Part shown: positions 60,295-64,000 of the stretch, piece by piece | Numbering within the stretch: the first letter of the stretch is position 1 | How the letters are laid out: the number at the start of each line of letters is the position of its first letter | Source of the DNA: an uncultured delta proteobacterium | GTDB taxonomy: Bacteria; Desulfobacterota; Desulfomonilia; Desulfomonilales; Desulfomonilaceae | Assembly (NCBI GenBank): GCA_963789265.1 | Contig: CAWBKB010000001.1 | Coordinates: forward strand, 512,001-576,000 | DNA: 64,000 bases | Reading direction: 5' to 3' | Notes under the pieces: generated by a model | Database searches by the model: none | The model's input: only the letters and a program-made list of their open reading frames with translations | What the model was told of the DNA's origin: nothing | Translations under genes and position numbers: made by a program

Positions 60295-62539
60295 ATGCGT
60301 GACGAAGTCAGGACCAGGGATCAACTCGTTGCTGAATTGAATGAGCTTCACCGAAAAGTCGGGGAACTTGAATCCCCGTTGAGCCAAGCCAATGAGTATT
60401 CTCCACGCAAGGAACCGGGACTTACGACGCTCGGGAACGAGATCGAACAGAGAACAGGACTTGAAGAAGAGCTTGGCGAAACCGACAGGCCCTACCGCAA
60501 CCTGGTGGAAGCCTCTAAAGACGTGATCTGGACCGTAAGTCTGGATATGCGATACACGTACGTTAGCCCTTCCGTCACCGATGTCCTCGGTTATACAGTC
60601 GAAGAAATCATGGCCACGAGCCCTCTGGACGGCCTGACGCCGAAATCGCGAGAGCGTGTCGTCAAAGCTCTTCGGGAAGAACTGGCGTTGGAGGCTTCCG
60701 GTCCCAGAGAAAAATATGCTTCTCGCACGGAAGAGATAGAGCGGTATCACAAGGATGGGTCCACCCGTTGGGAAGAGATTACTACGACGTTCCTCCGGGA
60801 CAGCCACGGCAGGCCGACCGGAATTCTCGGGATATCGCACGATCTTACGCGCCGCAAGCGAATGGAAGATGAATTGCGCGAAGAGCGGGACAAACTTGAA
60901 CAACGGGTGGAAGCACGTACCGAGTGAACTACTGCGGGCAAATGCTCGGCTCCGGGAGGAGGTCCGTGACAGAAGGCGTGCAAAACATGCCCTTAGAGAC
61001 AGTCAACAGCGACTGGAACTTGCGTTGAAAGGGGCTGACCTTGGCTTGTGGGACTGGAATCTTAAGAGTGGTCGCGTGATCTGGGACGAAAGAGCCCCCG
61101 AAATCCTGGGATACACGAGGGAAGGGGGAGAAACCGGCTTCACTTTTTGGAAATGCCTGGTCCACCCGGAGGATTGGCCGAGAGTCTCCAAGGATTTCAA
61201 CGACCATATCGAGGGTCGAATACCACTTTTAGAATCAGAATTTAGGCTTCGGGCAAAGTCCGGGGAATGGAAATGGATTTTGAGTCGGGGAAAAATCGTG
61301 AGGCGCGATGTGGACAACAAACCGTTGCACATGGCTGGAACGTATCTTGACATTACCAAACGCAAATCCGCGGAGCAAGAGAGAGAAAATCTGAGATTTC
61401 AGCTCGTCCAATCTCAAAAGATGGAGGCGATCGGGACTTTGGCTGCCGGCATTGCTCATGACTTCAATAACCTGCTTCAGGTCACATTGGGATATTCGGA
61501 ATTGTTGCTTCAAGGAAAACAGCCGGACGACCCCGAATATGCGGATCTCCGAGAAATATTTCGTGCAGCAAGCAATGGGGCCGGGTTGGCCCAGAAGATG
61601 CTCACGTTCAGCCGCAAAGTGGAGCCTAAGCCCGTTCCCGTAAATCTGAATAGACAAATTGCCCAGGTGGAGAACCTTCTGCGCCGCACCGTCCCCAAGA
61701 TGATAAATATACAGATCGATTTGTCAGCCGACCTTGCCGATATAAATGCGGACCCGGCTCAAATCGAACAGGTGCTGCTAAATTTGGCAATCAACGCCAG
61801 AGATGCCATTTCAGACAACGGTCAGCTCACTCTTGAAACGGGAAACGTCACGCTCGATGAGGAATATCGTGCAGTTCACATTGGCGTGAAACCAGGTGAA
61901 TACGTCCGGTTGGCCGTTTCCGACACAGGACACGGAATGGATGAAGCGACCATTGAACACATCTTTGAACCGTTCTACACGACCAAGGAACCGGGGCGAG
62001 GAACCGGGCTAGGACTTGCGATAGTCCATGGAATTGTGAAGCAGCATGGGGGGCATATCAATTGTTACAGCGAAGTCGGTCGTGGGACCACTTTCGAGGC
62101 CTATTTTCCGGCGATTGAGACTCAACGCGAGCCCAACATCGAGACAACCGAACTCGTACCCGCTTTAGGAACGGAAACGGTTCTCTTCGTTGACGATGAA
62201 GATTTCGTGCGAGATCTGGGAGAGCGGATTCTCAGAAAATGCGGCTACAAAGTGTTTTGTGCGGCAAACGGAAAAGAGGCGCTGGATCTATTCAAGAGGG
62301 AGATGACACATATTTCGCTTGTTATTCTGGATCTGGTCATGCCGGACATGGGAGGCAAAGAGTGCCTCAAAGAGCTTATGAAGATCGACCCACAACTCAA
62401 GGTTCTCATTGCCAGCGGCCTTTCTTCTGACACTTCTACGGAGGAATGCCTTGAAATGGGGGCACGAGGCTTTGTCAGCAAACCCTTTAGGATGAATGAA
62501 CTGGTCCAACAAGTTCGCAGGGTGCTCGATTCGGACTGA
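60295..62539 (+). CDS. Hybrid histidine kinase (2 PAS, HisKA, HATPase, REC), split by a +1 frameshift near 60922
   Basis: ..EQRVEART joins SELLRANARL..; GIAHDFNNLL, ILDLVMPDMGG. Confidence 0.88.
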
Positions 62540-62624
62540 CGAATCGGCATCCAGCCCAATAGCCGGGCTCGGCTCACATTTCGACCCAAGGACGTGTTCC
62601 GCAAACGATTACCTGCTAAGAGCG

Positions 62625-64000
62625 TTATACAGGTCCTAGCATTGTTATGAATTCTTGCTCCAGATCGACGTAATGTTCCAAAGCTATGCATGAACGTATA
62701 AATAAAAACAATCGCCTCTTATCAAGTTGCATGAACGCTTTGAAGAGCATGCGCCAAAATTTGATTCTCGTGTTTCGGACGAATCCCCACTGAAACAACG
62801 TGAAAGTGAGTATCTTTATTTCTCCCCATTGCAGCATTGACGCACGAGATCGGACGGGAACCGGGCGCATGGCAAGAAAATGGTTGAAGGCCCTGTCCAG
62901 GAATGTCGAATGCTCATAGAGCGTTGCCATAGCATTGAGGAATTCCCTCTGAATATCTTCCGCGGACCTGGTCGGCACGAAGTTCATTTTGAGATTGTTG
63001 CATTGCAGAAGATCATCCTTTTCCTCGTAAAGGAGACGATCCTCCTCTTTGAGTCTCTTCCACAAAGCCGTCCCGGGATATGCGTAAAGCTGAGCAACTT
63101 CAACCAACGGTATATTATTTCGTGTCACAAATTCAATAAGGCTCTTGTCTCTGCCAGGCTTTTCACCATCCATTCCGATTATAGTCCCAGCCAATATTTG
63201 CAGCCCGGCCTCATTTATTCGCTTGCATGCTTCGTCCAGATCTGCTGTCACATTCTGAAGTTTTCGGGCGATTCTCAGAGCTTCCTTGTCCGTGGATTCT
63301 ATTCCAATGTATACGGTAGTGAATCCGGCACGGACCATCAGATCCATCAATTCCGGTGAGTTGGCAAGGTTGATGGACGCATGAGTAAAGAATTCGAAAG
63401 GTCTGCGATGATTATCCATCCATTCGATCATGCCCTCCAGAACATTCTTTGCCTTACCTGGGTTTCCGATAAAATTGTCGTCTACAATGTAAATTTCTCT
63501 ACGCCAGCCGAGGTCATACAACATCTGCAATTCGTCCACGATTTGGGACGGATCCTTTGTTCTGACCTTTCTCCCAAAAATCAAGGTCGCATCGCAGAAT
63601 TCACACTGAAATGGACACCCTCTGGAAAACTGAATCGCCATGTCCACGTAGGCTTGCATTTCAAGAAGATCGAATCTCGGAATAGGTGACCTGGTAAGAT
63701 CAGCTCGGCGTTTATCTTCGATAACTACTCCAAACTCCCTTTTTTCGAGCTTTTCCAAGAGAATTGGGACTGTGACCTCTCCTTCTCCGACGACCACGAA
63801 ATCCGCGGAGACTTTCAAAAATTCGTCCGGATAATGGAATGCAGCCGGACCTCCCACGGCAACTATCTTCCCTCTTTTCTTGCTCTCGCAGATGACGTCG
63901 ATGAGTCTGCCAAACTGGGGCAGAGTCCCTGTCGTAAAGACTGCTTCACACCAACTCCAGTCTGACTCGGTAATGTCTTGAAACGTTAAATCAATGAGCT
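62625..64000 (-). CDS. B12-binding radical SAM protein (DUF4070-type), 5' end outside window
   Basis: Frame open to the window edge; VAVGGP, SRGCPFQCEFC, VDDNFIGN, GIES. Confidence 0.9.
   Translation of the reverse strand, partial: LIDLTFQDITESDWSWCEAVFTTGTLPQFGRLIDVICESKKRGKIVAVGGPAAFHYPDEFLKVSADFVVVGEGEVTVPILLEKLEKREFGVVIEDKRRADLTRSPIPRFDLLEMQAYVDMAIQFSRGCPFQCEFCDATLIFGRKVRTKDPSQIVDELQMLYDLGWRREIYIVDDNFIGNPGKAKNVLEGMIEWMDNHRRPFEFFTHASINLANSPELMDLMVRAGFTTVYIGIESTDKEALRIARKLQNVTADLDEACKRINEAGLQILAGTIIGMDGEKPGRDKSLIEFVTRNNIPLVEVAQLYAYPGTALWKRLKEEDRLLYEEKDDLLQCNNLKMNFVPTRSAEDIQREFLNAMATLYEHSTFLDRAFNHFLAMRPVPVRSRASMLQWGEIKILTFTLFQWGFVRNTRIKFWRMLFKAFMQLDKRRLFLFIRSCIALEHYVDLEQEFITMLGPV

Noticed and set aside
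62625..64000. B12 radical SAM as part of the RiPP pathway
   Set aside because: It lies 40 kb away, belongs to a common stand-alone family and has no adjacent precursor in view
1..64000. tRNA, rRNA, CRISPR array or prophage genes
   Set aside because: None recognised on reading the sequence

Overview
This window looks like chromosomal DNA from an anaerobic deltaproteobacterium-like organism. That is inferred from gene content (many PAS hybrid kinases, an NfnB/GltD-like flavoprotein, a Mo/W enzyme) and is not proven. Main blocks: (i) metabolic genes, an IS1182 element and many REP/MITE-like repeats (0-12 kb); (ii) an IclR-regulated, acetylene-hydratase-like molybdopterin enzyme operon; (iii) a minus-strand RiPP-like operon at 18.6-23.2 kb; (iv) pstS divergent from a Pho-box-preceded methyltransferase/psd/PHP-glycosyltransferase operon; (v) a ~16 kb gas vesicle cluster with its own sigma54 two-component system and chaperones; (vi) more kinases and a partial B12-binding radical SAM gene. 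Block (iii) is the strongest novelty candidate. It encodes a precursor with a twin-arginine signal and four RVWGN repeats, a radical SAM/SPASM enzyme, a SPASM-like protein lacking the radical SAM motif, and a protein with two radical SAM domains. About seven single-base frameshifts suggest indel errors in the assembly.
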